Shown one piece after another: positions 30,655 to 40,395 of a DNA stretch of 64,000 bases. The stretch's first letter is position 1. Every line of letters begins with the position of its first letter. The DNA is from Chloroflexota bacterium (GTDB taxonomy: Bacteria > Chloroflexota > UBA11872 > VXOZ01): the NCBI GenBank assembly GCA_963662335.2, contig CAXXVD010000005.1:96001-160000 (forward strand). Reading direction: 5' to 3'. The notes beneath the pieces were generated by a model. It did no database searches. It was given only the letters and a program-made list of their open reading frames with translations, and was not told where the DNA came from. The translations under genes were made by a program, and so were the position numbers.

Positions 30655-32820
30655 CTATACTTCGACCGGCGCTTCCTCAGCGTCTTCTGACATGACCACT
30701 GGAGTCAGGGGTATCTCAATAGTCATCTCGGTAAACTCACCGGGGTCGGATTCGACCCGGATGGAGCCGCCGTGCCGGCGCACGATGTCACTGGACATCG
30801 CAAGCCCGAGGCCCGTGCCTTGATCGGTGGGCTTGGTGGTAAAGAAGGGATTGAAGATCTTCTCGATTACGTCCGGCGGAATGCCCGTGCCGTTGTCCTT
30901 GATGCGGACTTCGGCGAACTCGTCGCCGCGCCGGGTGGAAAGCCAGACGGTCGGGCTGTAGTCCGCGCCGCCGTCGGCCTGCTCGATGGCGCGCCGCCGC
31001 TCGTCGGTGGCGTCGCAGGCGTTGCTTACCATGTTCAAGAACACGCGCGCCATGTCCTGGGGCACGACTTCCACCTCGCCCAGTTCCGGGTCCAGGTCCT
31101 GCTTCAGGTCCAGTTGGAAGTTTGTATCGGTGGCGCGCTTGCTGTGGTAGGCCAGGCGGGCGTGCTCGTCGAGCAGGTGGTTGATATTTGTGGGAATCTG
31201 CCCGCTGGAGCCGCGGCCCATGGAAAGCATGTCGTGCACGATGCGGTTGGCGCGTTCGCCGTGGGTGCGGATACGCTCCAGGTTGCCGGAAAGGTCGCCC
31301 GATATTTCCTCGATGTACGACTTGTCGTCCGGGCTCAATTCGCCATCGCTCTCTTCAAGTATTTCCTTCAACTCATCGAGCAGATCCTCGGAGGCCTCCG
31401 AGAAGTTCTTCACGAAGTTGAGCGGGTTCTTGATTTCGTGCGCCACGCCCGCGGTGAGTTCACCGAGCGCGGCCAGTTTCTCCCGCATGACGATCTGGTC
31501 CTGGGCCTTGCGCAGGTCGGCCAGCACGCTTTCCAGTTCACCGTTCTTATCCTGCAACTCGTTTGCCAGCTTTTCTACCAGGTTGAGGCGTTGCACTTCC
31601 AAGGCGTGGCGGCGGAAGACTTCAAGGGCCGCGGCCATCTCCGCCACCTCGTCCCGGCCGCTAATTTCCACCTGGGCCTCCAGATCGCCGCCGGCCATGT
31701 TGCGCATCCAATTGGAGAGCATCTCGATGCGGTGCACCACCACCCGGCCCACGAAGAGCCACACGATCAGAAGCGCGCCGGCGATGCTGACCACGCCGAT
31801 GGCGAGCAGCAGCAGCCGGGCGGTGAGAATGGCCTGCGTGGAGGCTTGGCTGGCATCCGCCACGCTCTCCCGCGCCGCGTTCACCAGGCCTTCCACTTCG
31901 CCGAGAAGCTCGTTGGCCAGGTCGTTATTGCTTGCCAGCAGGTCGTTCTGGTGCGCTTCCAGGCGCAACTGCATGGCGCGCACCTCCAGCACGCTCTTCA
32001 ACGCGAACAACTCCGCGAACATTGGCGCAAGTTCGGCATGGAACGGCGAGTCCGTAAGTGCGAACAGGCTGCGCTCGATGCGGCTCTGGGCGGACTCAAA
32101 ACTCTCCTTCAGCGGCTCGATGAATGAGGCGTCGGACAGGATATAGGAGTTGGCCAGAAGCTGGGTCGCGATGTTCGCTTGCGTTTGCAGGTTAGTCAAG
32201 TGATAGTAGCGGTAGACTTCCTCTTCGGAAAAGTGGTCGTCGCGGGGCGCGGCCGCCTCGCCAATGACCCGAAATCCCGTAATCGTGTAGAAGATCTGGT
32301 CGTCGATGTTTGGAATCAAGATGTCGTCCAGGCGGCTGCTCAAGGCGGTCAATTCGTCACGCAACTGGACGCTTTCCTCCATCAACTTGAACGACTCGGA
32401 CATGCCGTCCTCAACCGACCCAATATTGGCGATGAGGGCGTCGGCACGCTCCCGCACCCGGGCAAAGCGCTCGTCGCCGGCGTCGGCTTGCTCCAAGACC
32501 GCCAACTGCGCTTCCAGAGCGTCATGCGTCTCGTCGATGCCGGCGGCAACGTTGTTGAAGTCGGCGGTGGAGGCGGCCGTCGTCAGCCGCGGGGCGGCGG
32601 CCACAAGCGAACTGCTGTGCTGCGCCACGCGGAAAGCGGCCACCATTTCGGGCACGCGGCCGTCGTTTACGCGGCTTTGGAACTCGCCCACGCGATTAAA
32701 GGAAAACCAGGCCACCAAGCTGGCGGCCAGAACCAGCGCCACCGCGCCGCCAATGCCCAGGTAGAGTTGGGTGGAGATGCGGTACCGGGTCTCGAGTAGG
32801 CCCTTGAAGCGTTCGATCAC
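30655..32820 (-). CDS. Membrane sensor histidine kinase (large helical extracytoplasmic domain, HAMP, HisKA, HATPase)
   Basis: Two TM helices, HAMP GRDEVAEMA, H-box VAHEIKNPL, N-box NACDA, G-boxes DNGTG and PFFTTKP...GTGLGL. Confidence 0.92.
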   Translation of the reverse strand: MIERFKGLLETRYRISTQLYLGIGGAVALVLAASLVAWFSFNRVGEFQSRVNDGRVPEMVAAFRVAQHSSSLVAAAPRLTTAASTADFNNVAAGIDETHDALEAQLAVLEQADAGDERFARVRERADALIANIGSVEDGMSESFKLMEESVQLRDELTALSSRLDDILIPNIDDQIFYTITGFRVIGEAAAPRDDHFSEEEVYRYYHLTNLQTQANIATQLLANSYILSDASFIEPLKESFESAQSRIERSLFALTDSPFHAELAPMFAELFALKSVLEVRAMQLRLEAHQNDLLASNNDLANELLGEVEGLVNAARESVADASQASTQAILTARLLLLAIGVVSIAGALLIVWLFVGRVVVHRIEMLSNWMRNMAGGDLEAQVEISGRDEVAEMAAALEVFRRHALEVQRLNLVEKLANELQDKNGELESVLADLRKAQDQIVMREKLAALGELTAGVAHEIKNPLNFVKNFSEASEDLLDELKEILEESDGELSPDDKSYIEEISGDLSGNLERIRTHGERANRIVHDMLSMGRGSSGQIPTNINHLLDEHARLAYHSKRATDTNFQLDLKQDLDPELGEVEVVPQDMARVFLNMVSNACDATDERRRAIEQADGGADYSPTVWLSTRRGDEFAEVRIKDNGTGIPPDVIEKIFNPFFTTKPTDQGTGLGLAMSSDIVRRHGGSIRVESDPGEFTEMTIEIPLTPVVMSEDAEEAPVEV

Positions 32821-34130
32821 CGCTCTACTTCCCGCAGCGAACTAACGGACTGATACGTGCCGTCCTGGCCGATCATCGTCAGGAAGACCTCGTCCGAGCC
32901 TTGATTGTCCTCGCCAAAGAGCAATTCAAAGCCGCTCAGGTCGATCATGCCGGTATTGCGGATGCTGTCCAGGAAGCCGGCGCGCGTCGGCTGCGGGCCG
33001 GCGCGCTCCAGGGCGGCGATTGCAAGCCTGCCGGCCAGGTAGCCTTCCAACGAAACGAAGCCGGGCTCGTGCCACGACGAAAACTCGCGCGTGGCCCGCA
33101 GATAGTCCTTGACGATGGGCAGGGTCGAGTCCGTGGGAAACGGGACCACCTGGGTCACGAACACGCCCGCTCCGTCCGGGCCAAGTTCTTGCGCCAAGGC
33201 GTTGCTGCCCACAAATGAGACGGTCATGAAGATGGGATTGAAGTCCGTTTGCCGCGCCCACTTGATGAGCGACGCCACCGGCTGGTACGCGCCGATCATG
33301 ATCACCGCTTGCGGGTCGCCACGCCGCAGGTCGAGCAGGGCCGCTTTGACGGCGGTGGTGTTGCGGGTATAGACGCCAATCGCGGCCATTTCCATGCTGC
33401 GCTTCTCCAACGCCAGCCGCACGCCGTTATAGCCGGCGCGGCCGTAGGAGTCGTCCTGATAGAGCACGGCAATGCGCGTCACGCCCAGGTCGGTGGTCAG
33501 GCGCTCAACCATCTCCTCGGTCTCTTGATAATAGGAAGCGCGCAGGTTTATGACGTTGACCAGGTCCGGGTTGCGCAGCAGTTCCGCGCCGGTGAAGGGC
33601 GCGATGTAGGGAACGCCCGCCTCGAAAGCGACCGGCACCGCGGAGCGGGACGTCGGCGTGCCGACGGCGCCAATGAGGGCAAAGACGCCGTGTTTCTGGA
33701 TGAGTTGTCTGGTGTTGGAGATTGCGGCTTCCGGTTCGTAAGCGTCGTCCAGGCTAAGGAGATTGAGCTGCCGGCCGTGAACCCCGCGGGGTGTATCGAC
33801 CTGGCCGGGCTCGTTCACCTCTTGAAAAGCCGCCCGGATGCCGAACTCCATGTTCTTGCCAAGTTCCTCGGCCGGGCCGCTAAATGCGGCGGACTGGCCG
33901 AAGAGCACTTGCGTATCGGTCACCCCTGGCACAGACAGAGTCGTTGACGCCTCGGCGTCCGGCGCCGTGACTGCCTCCGCGGCGGTGGCCTCGCCGCCAT
34001 CTTCTGCCGAGTCCGTGGCGCAAGCGGCCACGAACGGAGCGGCGGCAAGCGCGCCGCCAACCCCCAGTGCCATGCGGAGATACGCTCGCCGGTAGAGGGG
34101 AGAAGCTAGCAAACCTGGGGCCCGTTTCAT
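32817..34130 (-). CDS. LivJ-like (type 1) substrate-binding lipoprotein
   Basis: RR-containing signal with VAAC lipobox. GQSAAFSGP, DDAYEP, GAVGTPTS and YQDDSYG. Overlaps the genes on both sides. Confidence 0.88.
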   Translation of the reverse strand: MKRAPGLLASPLYRRAYLRMALGVGGALAAAPFVAACATDSAEDGGEATAAEAVTAPDAEASTTLSVPGVTDTQVLFGQSAAFSGPAEELGKNMEFGIRAAFQEVNEPGQVDTPRGVHGRQLNLLSLDDAYEPEAAISNTRQLIQKHGVFALIGAVGTPTSRSAVPVAFEAGVPYIAPFTGAELLRNPDLVNVINLRASYYQETEEMVERLTTDLGVTRIAVLYQDDSYGRAGYNGVRLALEKRSMEMAAIGVYTRNTTAVKAALLDLRRGDPQAVIMIGAYQPVASLIKWARQTDFNPIFMTVSFVGSNALAQELGPDGAGVFVTQVVPFPTDSTLPIVKDYLRATREFSSWHEPGFVSLEGYLAGRLAIAALERAGPQPTRAGFLDSIRNTGMIDLSGFELLFGEDNQGSDEVFLTMIGQDGTYQSVSSLREVER

Positions 34131-34564
34131 TTCTTCTTGTTCGCGCCGTCTGCGAGTTGCGCCACCATCGTGAGGCGGTTCTTGCCGTCTTCCCGCCGGT
34201 AGCTGACGTCATCCATCATCTCGCGCACGAAGTGGACGCCTAAGCCGCCCACGTGCCTATCTTGCAACTCCGCCGTCGTATCGGGTTCGGGCGCGTCGGT
34301 CAGCGGGTCGAAGGGACGGCCGTCGTCGACAACGTCGATTGTCAGGGCGTCCGCCGCCGAAGTCAGCGTGATCTCGATCGGATGAAGTCCCTCGTCGTGG
34401 GCGTAGTTCATCACGTTGATCACGATTTCTTCCAGCACCAGGTTGACTTTGAACACCAGGTCCAGCGGCCAGTCTTCCTCCATGCCGAACTCTTCTACCG
34501 CCGCCGCGACGCCCTCCAACTCCTCGTGCCTTGTCTGGATCTCTAGATGAAGTTTCTTGCTCAA
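34127..34564 (-). CDS. Anti-sigma factor/Ser kinase (RsbW-like HATPase)
   Basis: LVLEEIVINVMNYA, DDGRPFDP, GGLGVHFVREMMD. Confidence 0.9.
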   Translation of the reverse strand: MSKKLHLEIQTRHEELEGVAAAVEEFGMEEDWPLDLVFKVNLVLEEIVINVMNYAHDEGLHPIEITLTSAADALTIDVVDDGRPFDPLTDAPEPDTTAELQDRHVGGLGVHFVREMMDDVSYRREDGKNRLTMVAQLADGANKKK

Positions 34565-34577
34565 GGTTGCTACTCTT

Positions 34578-35735
34578 CTACGTGCTGCGTTGCAGTGCGA
34601 GGCACGTTATGTCGTCGGACTGGGGCGTCTCGCCCGCAAACTCGCGCACGGCGGCAAAGACCGCCTCGTTTGCCGCTTCCGGGTCTTGGGGAACAGTGGT
34701 GGTGAACACCTCTTGGAGACGATCTTCGCCAAACTCCTCGCCATCCGCGTTCATGGCCTCCGTCACGCCGTCAGTATAGGAAAACACCATTTCGCCGGGC
34801 GCCAGGGTCACGGACTGCTGCGAGTAGGGCAAGCCGGGCATCACGCCCAGCGCAATCCCCTTGGTCAAAGGCAGGAACGTGGAACTGCCGTCGGGACGGA
34901 CGATGAGCGGGCTGTTGTGCCCGCCGTTCGCAAAGGCAAGTTGGCCGCTTGCCGGATCGTACGTGGCATAGAAGACCGTAACGAACATGCCGGCGTCGTT
35001 GTCCTCTTCCAGCAAGTCGTTGACTTCGCCCAGCACTTTGCCGGGGTCGCCAATGCCGATTGCGGAGCCCTTTAGCAGCGTGCGCGTGGACATCATGAAG
35101 AGCGCCGCCGGCACGCCTTTATCAGAAACGTCGGCGATCGCCAGGCCGACGAAGTCTTCTTCCATGTTGATAACGTCGAAGAAGTCCCCGCCGACGTTGC
35201 GGGCGGGGTCCATGCTGCCGTAAATCCGGTAGCCTTCACCCGGCGCAAACTCGGTGGGGAGGATCGACTGTTGGATTTGGCTGGCGACGTTAAGTTCATT
35301 CTGCAGCGCCACCAGTTTGTCCCGGGAGGAGAGCGCCTCGCGCCACTCGGTCATGTGGCTGAGCGTTCTGTCGATCGTAATCTTGAGGTCGGCAAAGTCC
35401 AGCGGCTTGGTCACGAAGTCGAACGCGCCGCGGTTCATCGCGGTGCGGATGTTCTTCATGTCGCCGTACGCCGACACGATTACGGAACGGATGTTGGGAT
35501 CGACCTTGGGAATTTGCTCCAGCAGCGTCAAGCCGTCCATGCGCGGCATGTTGATGTCGGAGAGCACCATATCGATGGTGTCGTCTTCATTCAGCCGCTC
35601 CAGCGCTTCGATGCCGTTCTGCGCAAAGACGAACGTATAGCGCCCGGCTCGAATGTGGCGCCGCATCCGCTGCAGCATGAGCGGCTCCAGATCCGGCTCG
35701 TCGTCGACAACGAGGATCTTATAAGGTGGCTCCAT
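34578..35735 (-). CDS. Receiver plus SpoIIE/PP2C phosphatase (RsbU-like)
   Basis: REC motifs VVDDE, SDINMP and FVTKP; PP2C motifs VGGDFFD, ADVSDKG, YTDGVTEA and DDIT. Confidence 0.92.
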   Translation of the reverse strand: MEPPYKILVVDDEPDLEPLMLQRMRRHIRAGRYTFVFAQNGIEALERLNEDDTIDMVLSDINMPRMDGLTLLEQIPKVDPNIRSVIVSAYGDMKNIRTAMNRGAFDFVTKPLDFADLKITIDRTLSHMTEWREALSSRDKLVALQNELNVASQIQQSILPTEFAPGEGYRIYGSMDPARNVGGDFFDVINMEEDFVGLAIADVSDKGVPAALFMMSTRTLLKGSAIGIGDPGKVLGEVNDLLEEDNDAGMFVTVFYATYDPASGQLAFANGGHNSPLIVRPDGSSTFLPLTKGIALGVMPGLPYSQQSVTLAPGEMVFSYTDGVTEAMNADGEEFGEDRLQEVFTTTVPQDPEAANEAVFAAVREFAGETPQSDDITCLALQRST

Positions 35736-35862
35736 ATTTCCCCTCATGAAGGCGGTCCTAGATCCGGCCGGTTACGTAGCTCCTCAGCGCGCGGCAATTG
35801 GTCGCCGGCTCCCGCGCGTGAAGTCGCTGCCAGCCGTTGGTAGAGCAAGAGCGCGCGGGCGC

Positions 35863-36201
35863 TCAACCCTGGAGAGCGGCAATCGCGTCAGGCGGAGAGT
35901 CGTGGACGGGGATTATTTGATCGAAGCCGCTGATCTCGAAGATCTCGCGAATTGACTCAGAAAGCGAACAGACGGCGAACTTGGCGCCCTGCTTTTGCAA
36001 GGACTTTGCGGTGAGCAAGATGACGCGCAGGCCGGCGCTGCTAATGTACGAGACTTCCTCGAGATCCAGAACCACAGCCCGCTCGCTCGCGTCGATTGCG
36101 GCATCCAATGCATCCTGGAATTCCCGGGCATTGGCGCCGTCGATGCGGCCCTCGGTCTTGGCTATCAGCGTGTTGTCCTGCCGCTCGGTGGTAACTCCCA
36201 T
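35863..36201 (-). CDS. STAS anti-anti-sigma factor (RsbV/SpoIIAA-like)
   Basis: GRIDG and phosphorylation loop YISSAGLRV. AAGGAG RBS. Confidence 0.92.
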   Translation of the reverse strand: MGVTTERQDNTLIAKTEGRIDGANAREFQDALDAAIDASERAVVLDLEEVSYISSAGLRVILLTAKSLQKQGAKFAVCSLSESIREIFEISGFDQIIPVHDSPPDAIAALQG

Positions 36202-36375
36202 TGGGTACGTCTCCTTGAAAAGCTGCGACTTGGCTTCCTGCTAACCGCTATGCTCGAACGACACCATCGGCTCCCGCGCCGGCTGTGCCGAGTCTCTTCC
36301 GCCAGCGCCCCTGGCGCGGATACCGCCAGGCACATGAGTTGAACTACTCGCGCCGGCTCCCAACCTACGTAAGAT

Positions 36376-36384
36376 ACTATAGCA
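36376..36384 (-). promoter_or_regulatory. Candidate extended -10 promoter for the STAS operon
   Basis: TGC-TATAGT on the minus strand in the intergenic region upstream of the STAS gene. Confidence 0.4.
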
Positions 36385-36630
36385 TTCTCCGGCGGAAAAT
36401 GCTCGCCAACGGGGAATTTGCAAATACCTTGGGCCGGTTGGAAGTCTTTCATGCACTGGCAACTATCGAGCCACCCGCTATACGCGCCGCTCTGTCCGCC
36501 CACGGCATACCTAGCAGCATGCCACACAACCCTACCAAATCATACGCGCCGTGTCAATTGACGCCCAAATCGCCGCCCAAGAGAGGCTCTAGCATAGACC
36601 CCTTCACCCTCGAGGAGACTCTTGCGTTGG

Positions 36631-36666
36631 CCCCTTCCCCTGAGGGGGAAGGCCGGGATGGGGGTG
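36631..36666. repeat. Palindromic family F element
   Basis: CCCCTTCCCCTGAGGGGGAAGGCCGGGATGGGGGTG; related to 45640-45673. Confidence 0.7.
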
Positions 36667-36903
36667 AAAGGGGTTGACTTTGCATTCGCTTCAGCAAATG
36701 CTGCGCCTCTATTTTCCTCTTTTGGCCGGAAGGAAGGCAATGCTAGTCGCCGGAAGGTAGGGAATTCGCAGATCCCCGCGCCGCTCCGCGCCATTGCCGC
36801 CGTAGACCGCACGGACTACACTTACCAGCGCATGCGCTCGCAGCGTACAGCCGCAAGCGCTTACTCGCGACATACCGGGGGGCAACTCCCCCACGAGGTT
36901 GCA

Positions 36904-37761
36904 ATGCGCATTCTCATTACCGGCGGCAACGGGCAATTGGCGCAAGACCTGATTCCCGCGCTTGCCGGCCACGACGTGAAACCGCTGCCCCGGCAGGCGC
37001 TCGACATCTGCGACCGCGATCAAGCCGCCGCGGCCGTGCGCGCCTTCAAGCCCGCCGCGTTGATCAACACGGCGGCCTTCCACCGGGTCGACGCTTGCGA
37101 GACCGAGCCGGAGGCAGCCTTTGCCGCCAACGCCCTCGCCGTGCGCCACCTGGCTCAACTCTGCGCGGAACAGAACGCGCTATTCGTGCACTTCAGCACC
37201 GACTACGTATTCGGCGGCCAGGAAAAGCGCGCCCCTTTAACTGAGGAAGATCCGCCCGCCCCGCTCTCGGTTTACGGTGTTTCCAAGCTGGCCGGAGAGC
37301 ACTTGGCTCTCCTAACGTGGGAGAGATCTCTGATCATTCGCACGTGCGGGCTCTACGGCACAGCGGGCGCGGGCGGCACGGGCGGCAACTTCGTCCAGAC
37401 CATGCTGCGCAAGGCGAAGGAAGGGGCTGCTCTTCGCGTCGTGGACGACCAGACCTGCACACCCACTGCAACCCGCGACCTGGCGGAGAAGGTAGCGCTG
37501 CTGATTACGGAGGATGTCTTCGGTCTCGTCCACGTCACCAACGCCGGTTCATGTACGTGGTACGAGTTCGCCAAAGCCGTCTTCGGCCTAGCGGGCGTGG
37601 ACGCTGCGCTCTCTCCCACCACGTCCGCGGAATACGTTACACCCGCGGTCCGCCCGCCCTACTCGGTCTTGGCGCGCCAACGCCTGGCCGCGCTCGGCCA
37701 CGACGACCTGCGTCCCTGGCACGAGGCGCTGGCAAACTACCTGCAAGAGACGTCAAGGTAG
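36904..37761 (+). CDS. rfbD: dTDP-4-dehydrorhamnose reductase
   Basis: ITGGNGQL, STDYVF, YGVSK, DDQTCTPT and RPPYSVL. Confidence 0.93.
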   Translation: MRILITGGNGQLAQDLIPALAGHDVKPLPRQALDICDRDQAAAAVRAFKPAALINTAAFHRVDACETEPEAAFAANALAVRHLAQLCAEQNALFVHFSTDYVFGGQEKRAPLTEEDPPAPLSVYGVSKLAGEHLALLTWERSLIIRTCGLYGTAGAGGTGGNFVQTMLRKAKEGAALRVVDDQTCTPTATRDLAEKVALLITEDVFGLVHVTNAGSCTWYEFAKAVFGLAGVDAALSPTTSAEYVTPAVRPPYSVLARQRLAALGHDDLRPWHEALANYLQETSR

Positions 37762-37870
37762 GCTGCTCCGTGCCGGCACGTGGTCGTCCGACGGCAGTCA
37801 CGTCTTTCAGCGTTATGGCAAGAGGCGTACCTTCAATCCTCCGCCCGCGTGGATGGCGGATGGCAGCGGG

Positions 37871-38593
37871 CTAGAGCGCGCGTTCTTGCAGGGATTCCGC
37901 GTCGGAGACGGGCCCGGATACGCGGATGCACTGCGCCCACCGCGCGGGTACGTTGACCATTCGCCGTTCCACCTCCAAGGTCAGGTGCCCGCTCCTGAGG
38001 TCGATCTCGGCGACGGCGACAGTCGTCTCCGGCAGCAAGCCCTGATCATGGGCAAAGTGGAGCAGATCGTTTTCGTCCTCGCCCTCTTCGGTAATGCGCA
38101 GGAGCGTCACACGCTCGCCCGCCTGCGTTTCCGTCAATTTGCGCGCGCCCAGCAGCCGCTCCTCATCGGGCGAGCCCGGAAACGGGTTGCCGTGCGGACA
38201 CGTCGTCGGGTGCCCGAGACTCTCATACAAGTAGGCCTCGAGTTTGGGCGAGAGCGAGTGCTCCAGGCGTTCCGCTTCATCATCGGCGTCGGCCCAGTCG
38301 AAGCCCAACGTATCCACCAAGAGCCGCTCGATCAGGTAGTGCCGCCGGATTATCGACTCGGCGATCCGGCGCCCCTCGGGCGTCAACTGCACGCCCCAAC
38401 CCTGGTCTACGACCGCAAGGCCTTGCCGCTCCATGCGCTGGAAGGCCTGCGTCACCGCCGAAGCGGATACCCCCAGGCGCTGGGCCAGGTGCGACCCAAC
38501 CACCCGCGAGCCTTCCCGCAGGGTGGTGTACACGCGAATCAGGTAGTCGCCCTGCACCGAACTCATTTCCGGGTTAGAAGGACTTTGCGACAT
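37871..38593 (-). CDS. DtxR/MntR family metal-dependent regulator with FeoA domain
   Basis: DYLIRVY, HTH LAQRLGVSASAV, RRHYLIE, EAERLEH and CPHGNPFP. Confidence 0.9.
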   Translation of the reverse strand: MSQSPSNPEMSSVQGDYLIRVYTTLREGSRVVGSHLAQRLGVSASAVTQAFQRMERQGLAVVDQGWGVQLTPEGRRIAESIIRRHYLIERLLVDTLGFDWADADDEAERLEHSLSPKLEAYLYESLGHPTTCPHGNPFPGSPDEERLLGARKLTETQAGERVTLLRITEEGEDENDLLHFAHDQGLLPETTVAVAEIDLRSGHLTLEVERRMVNVPARWAQCIRVSGPVSDAESLQERAL

Positions 38594-38703
38594 CGTCTCT
38601 AATCCAAGAAAGCAAGTTGTTTCAAGCTAGACCTATCCTACACGATTGCGCGGGTCCGCGCAGACGAGCGTCCGCGCGCCGCGGCTATCGAAAATGGGCG
38701 AAC

Positions 38704-39153
38704 CTAGAGACTGGGGAGTCTGCCCAAGGACTCCGTGAAGGCCTGAAAGACCATGATCGGTATTGAGAAGAGACCCAACATCCAGCCGACGAAGAGGCCG
38801 TTGCGCAGATTGAACGTCTGCACGCCTTCCTTAATGGAGAGCGCCAGCGCAATGGGCAAGAATGAGAAGAAGAGGCCGCCGATGAGGATGAAAAAGGCGT
38901 AGTCCTCGGCGCCTCCGCCGAGGAGGCGGTCCAGGTTCAGGAGCGGCCGGGTCGGTTGCGTAAACCGCTCCAGTTGCGGCACGACGCTGAGCAGGAGTGT
39001 GCCCAGCGACCAGAGCCACGTCGTCGAGCCCACCGCGCTGCACATCACGCCGCCCACGCAGCCGCCAAGAAAGCCCAACGGATCGCTCTCTTCGACCTGA
39101 TGCTCCGGGCGGTGATCGGGAAGCCGCTGTGGGCCCTGCTCCGTATCTTCCAT
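38704..39153 (-). CDS. Hypothetical membrane protein
   Basis: 149 aa from the ATG at 39153, with several hydrophobic segments. The longer track ORF overlaps the wecA-like gene antisense. Confidence 0.55.
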   Translation of the reverse strand: MEDTEQGPQRLPDHRPEHQVEESDPLGFLGGCVGGVMCSAVGSTTWLWSLGTLLLSVVPQLERFTQPTRPLLNLDRLLGGGAEDYAFFILIGGLFFSFLPIALALSIKEGVQTFNLRNGLFVGWMLGLFSIPIMVFQAFTESLGRLPSL

Positions 39154-39249
39154 CGCACTCGCTGTTCGCGTATCGCTCGGCGGCGCCTTTCTCTCATTGT
39201 ACCGCCGCCGCCGCGCTGCCGTCCAAACGAGTAGTCCCGCGCCTGGTGA

Positions 39250-39258
39250 TGGTATACT
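39250..39258 (+). promoter_or_regulatory. Candidate extended -10 promoter
   Basis: TGG-TATACT about 50 nt before the wecA-like start. Confidence 0.45.
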
Positions 39259-39307
39259 GTCTCGCGGAGACCAACCCACCTTTGCGGCAGTTAGTCTGGT
39301 TAGGATT

Positions 39308-40393
39308 GTGCAACCGGCAACAAGCGCACTCTTGCTTGTGCTCTTCTCCGCTGCGGCCATTGCCCTGCTCCTCACTGACGCGGCACGGCGGCTTGCCTGG
39401 CGTCTGCGCTGGCTCGACCAGCCGGGAGAAGGGCGCGTGCACGCAAAGCCGGTGCCGCGCATCGGCGGTCTCGCCATCTTTGGGTCATTTACGACCGTCC
39501 TGCTCGCGGCGCTCTGGCTGCGCGAAGACCTCACGTTCGATACGAAGTATCTCGGGCTGCTCCTGGGCGCGGGACTCATTACGCTCGTAATGCTGATCGA
39601 CGACGTGCGCGGGCTGCCGCCGCTGCCCAAGTTCGCCGCGCAGGTCGCGGCGGCCGGCATCGCGATTGCCTTTGGCATCTCCATCGAGTTCATCCGCGAT
39701 CCCTTCAACGGGAGCGTTGCGTTTCCCGATTGGCTCGCGACTTCGATGGAGGGCCACATCCACTTCCCGGCGTGGCTCGCGATACCCATCACGCTCTTCT
39801 GGATCGTGGGCATGATGAACGCCATCAACTTCGTAGACGGCTACGACGGCCTGGCCGGCGGCCTCTCGTTGATCGGCGCCGGCGTGCTCTTCTTCCTGAG
39901 CATGTCGTTGGCGCAATTTAGCATCGCCTTTCTGCCGCTCATCCTCGCGGGCGCAATCCTCGGCTTCCTGCCTTTCAACGTGTATAACGCGCGCATCATC
40001 ATGGGCGATAGCGGCGCGCACTTCTTGGGCTTTGCGCTGGGCACGATCGCCATCATCGGCGGCGCGAAACTGGCCACGACCTTGCTCATCTTTGGCGTGC
40101 CGGCCATCGACGTGGCGTGGTCGATCATCCGGCGCACCTTGCGCGGCGGCCGTTTCTACCAGCGCGATACGAGCCACCTGCACCACCGCCTGGCGGAGCT
40201 TGGGCTGCCGCCGTTGGGAATTGCCATCGTCTATTGGTCGCTGTCCGCGATTCTCGGCGCCATCGCCCTGCTGCTGCCGACGCCGGTGCAGAAAGTCTAC
40301 GCGCTTGGCATTCTCGGCTTTGTCGTGGTCGCTCTGCTCGTAGTCGTCGCCCGGGGCGGCAAGGCGAAAGCGGCGACTGCGCCCAAGGAGTAA
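39308..40393 (+). CDS. Polyprenyl-phosphate GlcNAc-1-phosphate transferase (WecA/TagO, MraY family)
   Basis: PRIGGLAI, LIDD, NAINFVDGYDGLA, MGDSG and HLHHRL. GTG start assumed. Confidence 0.9.
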   Translation: MQPATSALLLVLFSAAAIALLLTDAARRLAWRLRWLDQPGEGRVHAKPVPRIGGLAIFGSFTTVLLAALWLREDLTFDTKYLGLLLGAGLITLVMLIDDVRGLPPLPKFAAQVAAAGIAIAFGISIEFIRDPFNGSVAFPDWLATSMEGHIHFPAWLAIPITLFWIVGMMNAINFVDGYDGLAGGLSLIGAGVLFFLSMSLAQFSIAFLPLILAGAILGFLPFNVYNARIIMGDSGAHFLGFALGTIAIIGGAKLATTLLIFGVPAIDVAWSIIRRTLRGGRFYQRDTSHLHHRLAELGLPPLGIAIVYWSLSAILGAIALLLPTPVQKVYALGILGFVVVALLVVVARGGKAKAATAPKE

Positions 40394-40395
40394 CG

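Noticed and set aside
27737-32146. Long antisense ORFs (27737-29170, 29167-30690, 30772-32127; also 40297-42246, 46359-47750, 48718-50160)
   Set aside because: Shadow frames opposite well-supported genes, expected from high-GC codon bias; no recognisable motifs.
36622-36903. Long N-terminal extensions in the ORF track (rfbD; also 17970, 39197, 40117, 56446, 60518 starts)
   Set aside because: The extensions run through repeats or neighbouring genes; downstream starts match RBS positions and family N-termini.
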